DNA of 46,341 nucleotides. Source: Chloroflexota bacterium (GTDB taxonomy: Bacteria > Chloroflexota > Dehalococcoidia > E44-bin15). The position numbers and the translations under genes are program-made. Shown here piece after piece: positions 28,448 to 38,159 of the stretch. The DNA is taken from contig JADFVG010000057.1 of assembly GCA_015222405.1 (NCBI GenBank), positions 1 to 46,341 of the forward strand. The letters are read 5' to 3'. Numbering within the stretch: the stretch's first letter is position 1; every line of letters begins with the position of its first letter. A model generated the notes under the pieces. It was not told where the DNA came from and searched no databases. It saw nothing but the letters and a program-made list of their open reading frames with translations.

Positions 28448-28779
28448 ACCTCAAAAAGTACTGGCCACAGCCAGTGGCCGATCTTGCTTTTCCAACCCCG
28501 TTTTGTTACCCTGAAAGAGGATGGAATGTTCCGTCATGGAATTTTCCATATTTAGGCACGAGAGGGAGACCCTATTCCTCTGCCTCGAGGCCGATTTGTA
28601 AGCCCCTGTGAGGAGTTCCACACGGTGAACCGGGACTGCTCCGTATCCTTTGGTGGCAACTTTTGTTTCTTCCCCTATTAGTGTATGCCAGGAGCAAGTT
28701 TACGTGCCTATCAGATCCTTTTAAGCAATTCGTTCTTTTGGCTTTGCCGTTAGCGCCAGCTAGCTGAGCGAGGATCAAA

Positions 28780-29829
28780 ATGATCCAGGTAGACGGAGCG
28801 CAGAGATCAGGAAGCGGTACCATTGTGAGGTATGCTGTAGCACTGGCATGCTTGCTTGGCAGGGAATTAAGCCTCACCAATATCAGAGCGCGGAGGGATA
28901 AACCAGGGCTAAGGCCGCAACACCTCAAGGCCATTGAGGCAGCGAGGGAGTTATGCCAGGGCACACTCAAAGGGGGCAAGGTCGGCTCTGGCGAGATAAC
29001 CTTCAGAGCGGGAGATGAGATAAGCGGTGGCAATTATGAATGGGATATCGGCACCGCTGGCTCCACCACCATGCTCGCTATGACTGTGCTTCCGGCGGCT
29101 TGCTTTGCCACTAAAGCGAGTCGTTTCAGAATATCGGGCGGCCTGTTCCAGGATTTTGCCCCCTCGGTATACCATATGCAGCATGTCCTTTTCCCTGTTC
29201 TCACTAAGATGGGGATTGGGGTTGAGCTTGAGATAATCCGCCCCGGCTATGTTCCTAAAGGGGGAGGCGTCATTGAGGTGAAGGTGAGCCCCGTTGAGGG
29301 AAGGCTCCAGCCCCTGAGGCTGCGGCAGCAGGGCAAGCTTGTCAAGATCGAAGGCATTGCCCTTTCCTCTCACCTCAGGGAAAGAAAGGTGAGCCAGCGC
29401 ATGGCTCAGAAGTGCAGGGAGACCCTCATGGCCAGGGGATATGATGCCCGGATAGAGGCGATCTATGACGACACGGCGCTTCAGGCAGGGGCTGCCCTCG
29501 CCTTGTACGCTCAAACTGACACCGGGTGCATAATCGGGGCTGATATGGCTGGGCAGCCGAGGAGGAGCTCTGAGGAAATCGCGAGGTATGTGGCCAGAAC
29601 CCTGGTGGAGGACCTATCGACAGGTGCCACCGTGGATAGATACCTTGCTGACCAGCTCATCCTCTATGCTGCTCTCGCCGAAGGACTAAGCGAGTACCGC
29701 ATCCCAAGGATGACCGAGCACATTGAAACCAATCTGTGGTTGGTGGAAAGCATCCTGGGGGCTCGGGTGGAGGTCGGGGAAGACCTGACGGTAAGGATTG
29801 GGGGAATAGGCTATGGTGGAAGGGACTGA
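28780..29829 (+). CDS. rtcA: RNA 3'-terminal phosphate cyclase
   Basis: N-terminal IQVDGAQRSGSGTIVRYAVALACL and LRPQHL motifs. The 349-aa length is typical of RtcA. Confidence 0.9.
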   Translation: MIQVDGAQRSGSGTIVRYAVALACLLGRELSLTNIRARRDKPGLRPQHLKAIEAARELCQGTLKGGKVGSGEITFRAGDEISGGNYEWDIGTAGSTTMLAMTVLPAACFATKASRFRISGGLFQDFAPSVYHMQHVLFPVLTKMGIGVELEIIRPGYVPKGGGVIEVKVSPVEGRLQPLRLRQQGKLVKIEGIALSSHLRERKVSQRMAQKCRETLMARGYDARIEAIYDDTALQAGAALALYAQTDTGCIIGADMAGQPRRSSEEIARYVARTLVEDLSTGATVDRYLADQLILYAALAEGLSEYRIPRMTEHIETNLWLVESILGARVEVGEDLTVRIGGIGYGGRD

Positions 29830-29866
29830 GAAAAGGGCCACGGGCGCAGTAGCCGGCCGATCTAAA

Positions 29867-30772
29867 TCATCCCTTCCTCGATTTTTTCACTTCCTCAACT
29901 ATCTTGGGCAGAATTTCCCCAGTTTTCCCCTGAATTAGATAGTCCGAGATTTTCTCGTAAGTTAGAGGAGTTGGCTCGGCATTTATCTCAATTATGATTA
30001 CAGCTGGGATTTTCTCTACCACATGCAGGCCGGTTTCAGTTGCCTTTTCTTTTTCAATTCTCTTTTCCCGAGCTGTTATCGGTAAATTAGCAAAAGGATA
30101 AACTACGGCTGAAGTTCCACAAATTAGCATCAAATCACATCTCCAGGCCTCGGCTAAGCTTTGATGGGCAATATCTGAGGGAATTGGCTCTCCAAAAGCA
30201 ACGGTATCGCTCTTTATTACTCCTCCACATTTTGGGCAGCGAGGCGGCAGTTGATTTTCTGTCTTTAATTTTTCTAGGTCAAATTCATCTCGCTTAAATC
30301 TTGAACCGCAAGAGACACATCTTAGCTTAAAAGCGCAGCCATGGTATTCCAAAACATTTTTGGACCCCGCCTTTTCATGAAGACCATCAATGTTTTGAGT
30401 GATTACCCATTTCAAGATGCCCATTCTTTCTAGTTCGGCCAAAGCAAGGTGACCAGGATTTGGCATCGCTTTTTCCAAGTCCCCTAATAGACTAACCGGG
30501 CTGGATAATCTTTCTTCCCACCATCCTTTGGGATCCTCTCGGAATGCCTGATAGCTTCGGTAAGCTCTTCTTTCTGCTTCGGGGTCTTTGGTCCAAACCC
30601 CCGATGGCCCTCGGAAATCAGGGATTCCTGACTCGGTTGAAATTCCAGCGCCAGTCAGGGCAATTGCGCAGCCGCTATTTATCAAATCCTTAGCTGCCCT
30701 TTGAATTAAATCTTCCCCGTGATTTCCCATATCAAACCTCGATAGGCCGTGCCCGACCAATCTTGTCGTCAT
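29867..30772 (-). CDS. cobB: NAD-dependent protein deacylase (sirtuin, Sir2 family)
   Basis: GAGISTESGIPDFRGPSGVW, QNIDGLH, catalytic H in EYHG, and Zn Cys4 (CVSCG...CPKCGG). Confidence 0.85.
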   Translation of the reverse strand: MTTRLVGHGLSRFDMGNHGEDLIQRAAKDLINSGCAIALTGAGISTESGIPDFRGPSGVWTKDPEAERRAYRSYQAFREDPKGWWEERLSSPVSLLGDLEKAMPNPGHLALAELERMGILKWVITQNIDGLHEKAGSKNVLEYHGCAFKLRCVSCGSRFKRDEFDLEKLKTENQLPPRCPKCGGVIKSDTVAFGEPIPSDIAHQSLAEAWRCDLMLICGTSAVVYPFANLPITAREKRIEKEKATETGLHVVEKIPAVIIIEINAEPTPLTYEKISDYLIQGKTGEILPKIVEEVKKSRKG

Positions 30773-30854
30773 GTGCCAAAGTAGACAATATTATAGAAGC
30801 GTAATCTCAGGCTTGTCAATCGAAGTTTCCTCATTATTGTATAGCACCCAGCTT

Positions 30855-33731
30855 TTAAGCGGGTTTCGCTATTGATTGTAGAACGTTAACCGCTCTTGCC
30901 TTTGTCAGCTTCGCCTTGAGGTATTGCCCGGTGAGAGAGTCTTCAACCTGAGCAACCTCCTCTGGGGTTCCGGTGGTGACAATGTATCCCCCCTTATCGC
31001 CAGCACCGGGACCAAGGTCGATAATGTAATCGGTATTCTTAATCATGTCAAGGTGGTGCTCGATGAGGATCACCGTATTGCCGGCATCGACCAGGCGATG
31101 CAGCACCTGAAGCAGGGCTTCGGCATCAGCGAACGAGAGCCCGGTGGTGGGCTCGTCAAGGATGTAGAGCGTCCTTCCCGTTGCTCTCTTGGAGAGTTCG
31201 GTGGAGAGCTTAACCCGCTGCGCCTCGCCTCCGGAGAGGGTTGTTGCCGGCTGCCCCAGCTTGATGTAGCCTAAGCCAACATCCTTCAGTGTTGCCAGCT
31301 TGCTTTTCACCTTTGGAAAATGCTCAAAGAATGAAAGAGCTTCCTCAACGCTCATGTCCAGGATATTGGCGATATTTTTGCCTTTGAATCTTATCTCCAG
31401 GGCCTCACGATTATAGCGTTTCCCCTTACACACCTCACAGGGGACGGTGACATCGGGCAAAAATTGCATCTCGATCTGGATATAGCCCTCGCCGCGGCAG
31501 GCCTCGCAGCGCCCTCCCTTAACATTGAAGGAGAAGCGCCCCGGAGGATAGCCCCGCATTCGAGCTTCGGGGACGGTGGCAAAGAGCTCGCGAATGGGGG
31601 TGAAGATACCGGTATAGGTAGCGGGGTTTGAGCGTGGGGTGCGGCCGATGGGAGACTGGTCAATATTGACTACCTTATCAATTTGCTCCAGGCCCTCGAT
31701 GCCATCGCAATCGCCAGGGCGATCCTTGGCTTTGTAGAATATCTGGGCCAGCTTCTTATACAGGATTTCATTGATCAGCGTGCTCTTGCCGCTGCCGGAG
31801 ACCCCGGTGATGCAAACGAACTTGCCCAGAGGGATATGAACGTCGATGTTCTTCAGATTGTTCTGGCGAGCCCCCTTTATCACCAGCTCAGCCCCCGAGC
31901 CGGGGCGGCGCCTCTGGGGAAGGGGGATCTCCTTGGCTCCGCTGAGATACTGACCGGTTATGGAATCGGCACAGCTCATGATGTCTTCTATTGTTCCCGT
32001 GACCACGATCTCGCCCCCATGCTCCCCGGCGCCGGGGCCCATGTCGATGATGTGGTCGGCAGCCCTCATCATCGCTTCGTCGTGCTCCACCACCAGGATG
32101 GTATTTCCCAGGTCCCTGAGTTCCTTCAGGGTATCGATGAGGCGATAGTCATCGGCGGGGTGCAGGCCTACCGTGGGCTCATCGCAGATATAGAACACCC
32201 CCATGAGGCCGCTGCCGATCTGGGTGGCGAGGCGAATCCGCTGTGCCTCACCGCCGGAGAGGGTGCTCGAGCGGCGATCCAGGCCGAGGTAATCGAGGCC
32301 GACGTTCTTGAGGAAACCTAATCTGGCGCGAATCTCCTTCAGGATCTGGCGGGCGATGGTAAGCTCGCGCTGGCTGAGCACTCTCTTCCTGCCATCACCC
32401 CCCAGAAGCGCTGTCCACTCCAGTGCCTGATCCACGGACATGGCGGTTACCTCAGCGATGTTCCTGTCGTCGATGGTCACCGCCAGTGATTCCGGTCTCA
32501 GCCGCTGCCCGTTACAGGCGGGGCATGGGTGGGAGGTCATGTAGCGCTCGATCTCCGAGCGAGTGTGCTCCGATTCGGTGTCGCGATGGATGCGTTCCAG
32601 GTAGGGTATTACCCCCTCGTAGCCAGTGAAGTATTCCCGAATTCGGCCAAAGCGGTTGCGATAACGAACCAGCTCCCCCCTTTCACCATAGAGAATGAGT
32701 CGTATTTGTTCCGGGGTTAGCGATTTGATCGGGGTATGGACTGAAAATCCATGCTCCCGGGCCAGCCTTTCCATCTCATAGGCATGCCAGGAGTACCAGC
32801 CCCAGGGTTTGATAGCACCCTCAGCCAGAGAGCGTTCCTTGTTGGGGATGAGCATGTCGGGGTCGACCTCCATCTTTATCCCCAGTCCGGTGCAGGTGCG
32901 GCAGGCTCCGTGGGGGCTATTGAAGCTGAAGGTCCTGGGGGCTATCTCCCCCAGGCTGATGCCACAATGAACGCAGGCGAAGTGCTCTGAGAACAGAAGC
33001 TCCTCTCCGTCAACTATGGAGACTAGCACTACCCCAGCGCCTAATTTCAAGGCAGTCTCCACAGAATCGGCAAGGCGGCCTTGTTGCTCCTTGTCCTCGA
33101 TGATTAGCCTATCGACCACCGCCTCAAGGGTGTGCCTCTTGTTCTTGTCCAGGTCGAACTCCTCGGCGAGGTCATGGATGTGCCCATCGATCCTGACCCT
33201 GACATAGCCCGCCTTTCTCAGGTCTTCGAAAATCCCCTGATGCTCCCCCTTGCGGTCCTTGATCAGGGGTGCCATGATCTCGATCCTTGTTCCCTGGGGG
33301 AGTTCGAGGAGGGCATCTATGATCTGTTGCACCGTTTGCTGCGAGATCTCCCGCCCGCACTTGGGGCAATGGGGGTGACCAACCCGGGCAAAGAGGAGGC
33401 GTAGATAGTCATAGATCTCGGTTACCGTGCCCACTGTGGAGCGAGGATTTCTGCCTGGCCCTTTCTGGTCGATGGAGATGGCTGGGCTTAGCCCCTCGAT
33501 ATAGTCGACATCAGGCTTCTCCATCTGCCCCAGAAACTGACGGGCATAAGCGGACAAGGACTCAACATAACGACGTTGCCCTTCAGCATAGATGGTATCA
33601 AAGGCCAGGGAACTCTTGCCTGAACCGGAAACGCCGGTGATCACCACCAGCTTATCCCTGGGGATGACCACATCTATATTTTTCAGGTTGTGCTCTCTCG
33701 CCCCTTTAACAACTATGGCATCCAGAGGCAT
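30855..33731 (-). CDS. uvrA: excinuclease ABC subunit A
   Basis: 958 aa. Two ABC modules ([22 protein letters not shown], two LSGGE signatures) and zinc-finger cysteines. Confidence 0.97.
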   Translation of the reverse strand: MPLDAIVVKGAREHNLKNIDVVIPRDKLVVITGVSGSGKSSLAFDTIYAEGQRRYVESLSAYARQFLGQMEKPDVDYIEGLSPAISIDQKGPGRNPRSTVGTVTEIYDYLRLLFARVGHPHCPKCGREISQQTVQQIIDALLELPQGTRIEIMAPLIKDRKGEHQGIFEDLRKAGYVRVRIDGHIHDLAEEFDLDKNKRHTLEAVVDRLIIEDKEQQGRLADSVETALKLGAGVVLVSIVDGEELLFSEHFACVHCGISLGEIAPRTFSFNSPHGACRTCTGLGIKMEVDPDMLIPNKERSLAEGAIKPWGWYSWHAYEMERLAREHGFSVHTPIKSLTPEQIRLILYGERGELVRYRNRFGRIREYFTGYEGVIPYLERIHRDTESEHTRSEIERYMTSHPCPACNGQRLRPESLAVTIDDRNIAEVTAMSVDQALEWTALLGGDGRKRVLSQRELTIARQILKEIRARLGFLKNVGLDYLGLDRRSSTLSGGEAQRIRLATQIGSGLMGVFYICDEPTVGLHPADDYRLIDTLKELRDLGNTILVVEHDEAMMRAADHIIDMGPGAGEHGGEIVVTGTIEDIMSCADSITGQYLSGAKEIPLPQRRRPGSGAELVIKGARQNNLKNIDVHIPLGKFVCITGVSGSGKSTLINEILYKKLAQIFYKAKDRPGDCDGIEGLEQIDKVVNIDQSPIGRTPRSNPATYTGIFTPIRELFATVPEARMRGYPPGRFSFNVKGGRCEACRGEGYIQIEMQFLPDVTVPCEVCKGKRYNREALEIRFKGKNIANILDMSVEEALSFFEHFPKVKSKLATLKDVGLGYIKLGQPATTLSGGEAQRVKLSTELSKRATGRTLYILDEPTTGLSFADAEALLQVLHRLVDAGNTVILIEHHLDMIKNTDYIIDLGPGAGDKGGYIVTTGTPEEVAQVEDSLTGQYLKAKLTKARAVNVLQSIAKPA

Positions 33732-33806
33732 CGTCTGCTCCCTTGTGTGTCGTCAGGGTAACATTTCATTCTAGCACTAAATGTGAAGCCAAACAAGGGT
33801 AATATA

Positions 33807-33844
33807 GGGGGGTGATGTGTCACTAATGTACTGGACGAGTACAA
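33807..33844. repeat. 38-bp repeat, copy A (IS-end relic), perfect inverted partner of 39610-39647
   Basis: GGGGGGTGATGTGTCACTAATGTACTGGACGAGTACAA is the exact reverse complement of 39610-39647. Weaker similarity continues inward to about 33780, with an 8-nt insertion in the G run. Confidence 0.9.
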
Positions 33845-33848
33845 GCCC

Positions 33849-33877
33849 TTTACAATTTGGCCAATAACCTGTATAAT
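33849..33877 (+). promoter_or_regulatory. sigma70-type promoter candidate for greA
   Basis: TTTACA (33849-33854), 17-nt spacer, consensus TATAAT (33872-33877). Confidence 0.55.
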
Positions 33878-33898
33878 ATGTAAAAATTAGATAGCCCT

Positions 33899-33929
33899 GA
33901 CTGAGGGTCGGCGACCTTCAGTCTTTTTT
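33899..33929 (+). terminator. intrinsic terminator / attenuator hairpin inside the greA leader
   Basis: GACTGAGGGTC ggc GACCTTCAGTC forms an 11-bp stem (one G-U) followed by TTTTTT. It lies between the promoter and the greA RBS (GGAGG, 33943-33947). Confidence 0.6.
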
Positions 33930-33954
33930 AGTAGCGGTGGCAGGAGGTACTACA

Positions 33955-34419
33955 ATGGCTGAAAAGGGGAATTTCCTTACACCAGAGGGCTTGGCAAAGC
34001 TTGAGGAGGAACTGCAACATCTGCGCACCGTCCGCCGCCAAGAGGTAGCGGAGAAGATTCAGAAGGCCAAGGAGCTGCGCAGCACTGTGAGTTCCCCGGA
34101 ATACGAGGATGCTAAGAACGAGCAGGGCTTCGTCGAGGGGAGAATCCTGGAACTGGAGAGGATCATAAAGAATGCAGTTATAATCCATCCTGAGGCCGCT
34201 GATTTGGTTCAGCTAGGGTCAAAGGTTACAGTACGCCATCAGGATGGCAGTGAGGAGCACTACACCATTGTCGGCAGCATTGAGGTAAATCCCGGCAAGG
34301 GCAAAATCTCTAACGAATCGCCTGTAGGCAAGGCTCTCCTGGGCAAGCGAGTAGGCAATGAGGTAAAGGTAACGGTTCCCGCAGGGGTGCTCAAGCTGAC
34401 GATAACGGAGATAAAGTAG
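33955..34419 (+). CDS. greA: transcription elongation factor GreA
   Basis: LTPEGLAKLEEEL..L, coiled-coil N-terminal domain, and C-terminal VTV....E..Y.IVG..E.....G.IS..SP.GKALLGK. I set the start at ATG 33955, after GGAGG; the track GTG at 33937 would include the RBS. Confidence 0.9.
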   Translation: MAEKGNFLTPEGLAKLEEELQHLRTVRRQEVAEKIQKAKELRSTVSSPEYEDAKNEQGFVEGRILELERIIKNAVIIHPEAADLVQLGSKVTVRHQDGSEEHYTIVGSIEVNPGKGKISNESPVGKALLGKRVGNEVKVTVPAGVLKLTITEIK

Positions 34420-34423
34420 AAAC

Positions 34424-35896
34424 ATGGCTCGAATAGATACCATAGTTCAACAGCGGCGGGATAAGCTCAGCAGAATTCGCCAGCGAGGCATCGACCCTTA
34501 CCCCCACCGCTGCCATCGCACCCATACTGTAAAGGAGGCTGTTATCCTTTTTGAGAAGTGGGAAGGAAGCGGTGATAACCCCCCCCTGGTGCACCTTTGT
34601 GGTCGCATAATGAGCTCTCGCCCCATGGGGAAAGCAACCTTCATCGATATTCGCGACGGCAGCGACAAGATCCAGTGCTATTTCCGCAGCGACTCCCTGG
34701 GGGAAGAGAAATATGAACTGCTCAAGGAGTTCGATATCGGGGACATCATTGGCGTCAGCGGCACGATGTTCAGGACACACAGTGGAGAGATCACCGTAGC
34801 TGCCTCCGATTTCTCCCTGCTCTGCAAGTCACTTCAGCCCCTGCCTGAGAAATGGCACGGGCTCACCGATGTTGAGAAGCGCTACCGGCAGAGATACCTC
34901 GACCTCATCTCCAATGAGGCGATTGCACCAATATTCAAGCTTCGAGCCAGGGTTATCGCCGCGATAAGGCGCTTCCTTGATAACCGAGGCTTTATCGAGG
35001 TGGAAACCCCGGTACTCCATTACGTTGCCACTGGAGCTAGGGCTCGCCCCTTCATCACCCATCATCAAGCCCTAGACCAGGACTTATATTTGCGCATCGC
35101 CACCGAGCTTCACCTCAAGCGACTCATCATTGGCGGTTTGGACAAGGTCTACGAGATTGGCCGCATTTTCCGTAACGAGGGCATCTCGACGAAGCATAAC
35201 CCTGAATTTACCATGCTCGAATGCTACGAAGCCTACAGCGACTACCACGATGTGATGAATTTGGTGGAGGAGATGATCTCCACTGTTGCCCAGGAGGTCC
35301 TAGGGACAACGAAGGTCAGCTTTGGTAGCACTGCCCTGGAGCTTTCAGCCCCGTGGCAGCGCATCACCCTGCGCGATGCCATCAAGGATGGATGTGGCAT
35401 TGATTTTGAGCAGCATCTGGACGAAGATTCCCTGCGCCGCCAGATGGAAGCCATGGGTTTAGACGTGTCTGATATCGGTGGCCGGGGAAAGCTGATCGAC
35501 CGCCTGATCACCAACTTTGTCGAACCCAATCTTATTCAACCCACCTTCGTCATCGACTACCCTGTTGAACTCTCGCCTCTGGCAAAGAGAAAGCCAGATA
35601 ACGACCATCTGGTGGAGAGGTTTGAGGCCTTTGCCGGAGAGATGGAGATCGCCAATGCCTTCACCGAGCTCAACGACCCCATCGAGCAGCGGGAGCGCTT
35701 TCAGCAGCAGATGCTCCAGCGCACCCTGGGGGATGAGGAGGCGGAGAGGGTAGAGGAGGACTTCCTAGTCGCATTAGAGCATGGCATGCCGCCCACAGGG
35801 GGTCTGGGACTGGGCATCGACCGCTTGGTAATGCTGCTCACCGAGCAGCACTCCATCCGTGAGGTAATCCTCTTTCCCCAGCTACGCTCTAAGTAA
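34424..35896 (+). CDS. lysS: lysine--tRNA ligase (class II)
   Basis: OB-fold N-terminus and class II motifs (RYRQRYLDL, FIEVETP, FRNEG, GGLGLGIDRLVML). Confidence 0.95.
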   Translation: MARIDTIVQQRRDKLSRIRQRGIDPYPHRCHRTHTVKEAVILFEKWEGSGDNPPLVHLCGRIMSSRPMGKATFIDIRDGSDKIQCYFRSDSLGEEKYELLKEFDIGDIIGVSGTMFRTHSGEITVAASDFSLLCKSLQPLPEKWHGLTDVEKRYRQRYLDLISNEAIAPIFKLRARVIAAIRRFLDNRGFIEVETPVLHYVATGARARPFITHHQALDQDLYLRIATELHLKRLIIGGLDKVYEIGRIFRNEGISTKHNPEFTMLECYEAYSDYHDVMNLVEEMISTVAQEVLGTTKVSFGSTALELSAPWQRITLRDAIKDGCGIDFEQHLDEDSLRRQMEAMGLDVSDIGGRGKLIDRLITNFVEPNLIQPTFVIDYPVELSPLAKRKPDNDHLVERFEAFAGEMEIANAFTELNDPIEQRERFQQQMLQRTLGDEEAERVEEDFLVALEHGMPPTGGLGLGIDRLVMLLTEQHSIREVILFPQLRSK

Positions 35897-35948
35897 AAGG
35901 GTTATACTGGCCACAGGCCAGAGATAATAAAGTCGAAGGAGGTGAGAA

Positions 35949-36446
35949 ATGCCTATTTGCACCCAATGTGGCACCGAGATACCAGAGGAGAGTAAGTTTT
36001 GCCCCAACTGCGGTGCCAAGGTGGTTGTGCCCAAGCCGCCGAAGATAAAGGAGGCCCCTGAAATTGGCGAGAGGGCATTTGGCGCGCCGGATCTGCTTGC
36101 CTTAATAGGCGCCCTGGCACTTCTTGTCGGCCCCTTTTTGCAATGGGCGGATGTTTTGGTATTGCCAACTCAGGGACTAGATTATGGCCAGGGGATAATC
36201 CTGTATGTAATGGGAGGTCTTTGCCTGGCAGCAGTGATCGTAGCCAGAAATCTGGGGCGTGTTTCTGGAATGGTCTATGTTGGTCTCGCCCTTTGCGCCC
36301 TGGCCATTGTCGGGCACTTTGTATACCACATATACGATATCGACCTCGATTGGGGAGATATAGCCTGGGGATTCTACGTAGCTGGGGCAGGAGCGGTATT
36401 AGTGCTTGTGGGAGGAATCTCAAGGCTCCTGATGAAGACGGAATAA
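35949..36446 (+). CDS. zinc-ribbon membrane protein
   Basis: N-terminal CTQCG...FCPNCG ribbon followed by about 4 hydrophobic helices. AGGAGGTG upstream. Confidence 0.6.
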   Translation: MPICTQCGTEIPEESKFCPNCGAKVVVPKPPKIKEAPEIGERAFGAPDLLALIGALALLVGPFLQWADVLVLPTQGLDYGQGIILYVMGGLCLAAVIVARNLGRVSGMVYVGLALCALAIVGHFVYHIYDIDLDWGDIAWGFYVAGAGAVLVLVGGISRLLMKTE

Positions 36447-36497
36447 TCAAAGTTGGTTATCTGACCAGAGCTGTGACCTGGAGGGAGGGGGATTTTT

Positions 36498-37757
36498 GTG
36501 CTCAGCCTGCAATTCATCCGTGAAAACCCCGATCTCGTTCGCAAGGCGCTGGAGAAGCGCCAGTTCAGCGAGCCCCTGGATGATATCCTGGTCCTAGATG
36601 AGCAGCGGCGCAGCCTGCTCCCTGAGGTAGAGGCACTGAGGGCAAAGCGCAACCAGGTGAGCAAGAAGCTGGGCAAGATGGATGAGAAGCCACCTCAGCT
36701 CATCGAGGAGATGCGGGAGATAGGGAACAGAATTAAGGCGCTGGACGGGCAGCTCAGGGCAACCGAGGAGCAGCTTAACGACCTCCTTTTGCGCATCCCC
36801 AATATCCCTCACCCCACCGTCCCGCTGGGCAGGGACGAAAGCGAAAACAGGGTTGTTAGAAGCTGGGGGGACGTGCGAAAATTCGATTTCAAACCCCTGC
36901 CCCACTGGGAGCTGGGCGAGAAATTGGGAATCATCGATTTTGTCCGCGGAGCTAAGCTCTCAGGCACCCGCTTCTATGTCCTCTGCGGGCTTGGGGCTCA
37001 CCTTCAGCGTGCCCTCATCTCCTTCATGCTCGACCTCCACATAACGGAGCATGGCTACACCGAGATATATCCCCCGTTCATGGTGAAGCGGGAGTGCATG
37101 ATAGGTTCAGGCAATCTGCCCAAATTTGCCGATAACCTGTACCACGACGAGGAGGATGACTTCTGGTTTGTGCCCACCGCCGAGGTGCCGCTAACTAACC
37201 TTCACCGCGATGAAATCCTGCCCCCGGGCACCCTCCCCATCTACTATGTGGCCTACACCGCCTGCTTTCGCCGCGAGAAGATGTCGGCGGGGAAGGATAC
37301 CAGAGGAATTAAACGGGGACATCAATTCGATAAGGTGGAACTGTACAAGTTTGTTGAGCCTGAAACTTCAGATGAAGAGCTGGAGAAGATGGTGAATAAC
37401 GCTGAGGAAGTCAGCCACCGGCTGGGCATCCCCTATCGAGTGCTGGAGCTATGTAGCGGTGATCTGGGCTTTGCCTCAACAAAATCTTACGATATTGAAA
37501 TGTGGGCTTCTGGCTGTGGCGAATGGCTCGAGGTCAGCTCCTGCTCCAATTGCGGCGATTTTCAGGCACGCCGTGCCAATACTCGCTTTCGTCCTGAGCC
37601 CGGGGCAGGACCCCGCTTCGTCCACACCCTAAACGGCTCAGGACTTGCCCTACCCCGTGTGGTCATCGCCCTGCTCGAGAACTATCAGCAGAGCGATGGC
37701 AGCATTATTGTACCCGAGGTACTCCGCCCCTATACTGGGTTTGGGGTCATCAGGTAA
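36498..37757 (+). CDS. serS: serine--tRNA ligase
   Basis: GTG start giving MLSLQFIRENP, an N-terminal coiled-coil arm, and class II motifs (FRRE, GSGLALPR). Confidence 0.95.
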   Translation: MLSLQFIRENPDLVRKALEKRQFSEPLDDILVLDEQRRSLLPEVEALRAKRNQVSKKLGKMDEKPPQLIEEMREIGNRIKALDGQLRATEEQLNDLLLRIPNIPHPTVPLGRDESENRVVRSWGDVRKFDFKPLPHWELGEKLGIIDFVRGAKLSGTRFYVLCGLGAHLQRALISFMLDLHITEHGYTEIYPPFMVKRECMIGSGNLPKFADNLYHDEEDDFWFVPTAEVPLTNLHRDEILPPGTLPIYYVAYTACFRREKMSAGKDTRGIKRGHQFDKVELYKFVEPETSDEELEKMVNNAEEVSHRLGIPYRVLELCSGDLGFASTKSYDIEMWASGCGEWLEVSSCSNCGDFQARRANTRFRPEPGAGPRFVHTLNGSGLALPRVVIALLENYQQSDGSIIVPEVLRPYTGFGVIR

Positions 37758-37780
37758 CCCGTTTATAGCGGAGGTTAACC

Positions 37781-38008
37781 ATGCAAACCATAGCATGTCC
37801 CCAGTGCGGGCAAGAGATTCAGGTGTTCCTCCTTGAGTCGGACTACCAAGGCCCCCTCAAATGCGCCAAGTGCAAGGGGCTGTTTAAGGTCAGGATAGAG
37901 GGCGAGAAGCTCAAATCCTGGGAGCCAATGACGGAGGAGGAACTGAAGGCTGCCCAGGAAATGGAAGCCTTGAAAGCCAAATTTAGGCGCAGTCCAACCA
38001 GTGATTGA
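37781..38008 (+). CDS. small zinc-ribbon protein
   Basis: CPQCG...CAKCKG Cys4 pattern, GGAGG upstream, 23 nt after serS. Confidence 0.45.
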   Translation: MQTIACPQCGQEIQVFLLESDYQGPLKCAKCKGLFKVRIEGEKLKSWEPMTEEELKAAQEMEALKAKFRRSPTSD

Positions 38009-38159
38009 AGAATACCATGATGCTTCCTCAGAAACAAATTACCCGGCCCATTGACTAAAAGAACATAGTACGGATACAGCGCTAAACGGACGCCGAACAT
38101 CTATCCGGTTGCAGCCCCGGTTACAGCCTAAGTAGTAACGACGGCGATGTTCGCCCTTG

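Noticed and set aside
29867-30772. Sir2-domain protein as a defence effector (Thoeris, DSR or SIR2-HerA type)
   Set aside because: It has all the canonical sirtuin deacylase motifs, including the Zn Cys4 module. Its size is ordinary, it has no partner genes, and it sits between uvrA and rtcA.
31683-32321. Long antisense ORFs inside well-supported genes. Examples: 31683..32321 and others in uvrA, 21716..22936 in hdrA, 16098..16604 in hydA, 38754..39377 in the CrtI-like gene, 28951..29514 in rtcA, 12226..12573 in the M48 protease.
   Set aside because: Each lies fully within a gene with strong family motifs on the opposite strand. Their products are Arg/Gly/Pro-rich or otherwise typical of antisense frames in G+C-rich DNA.
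33807-33844. SOS (LexA) operator upstream of uvrA, suggested by the palindrome TGTACT-N5-AGTACA
   Set aside because: The identical 38-mer recurs at 39610, where it carries the stop codon of a transposase relic. An IS terminal repeat explains both copies, and the palindrome does not match the LexA boxes I know (CTGT-N8-ACAG, GAAC-N4-GTTC).
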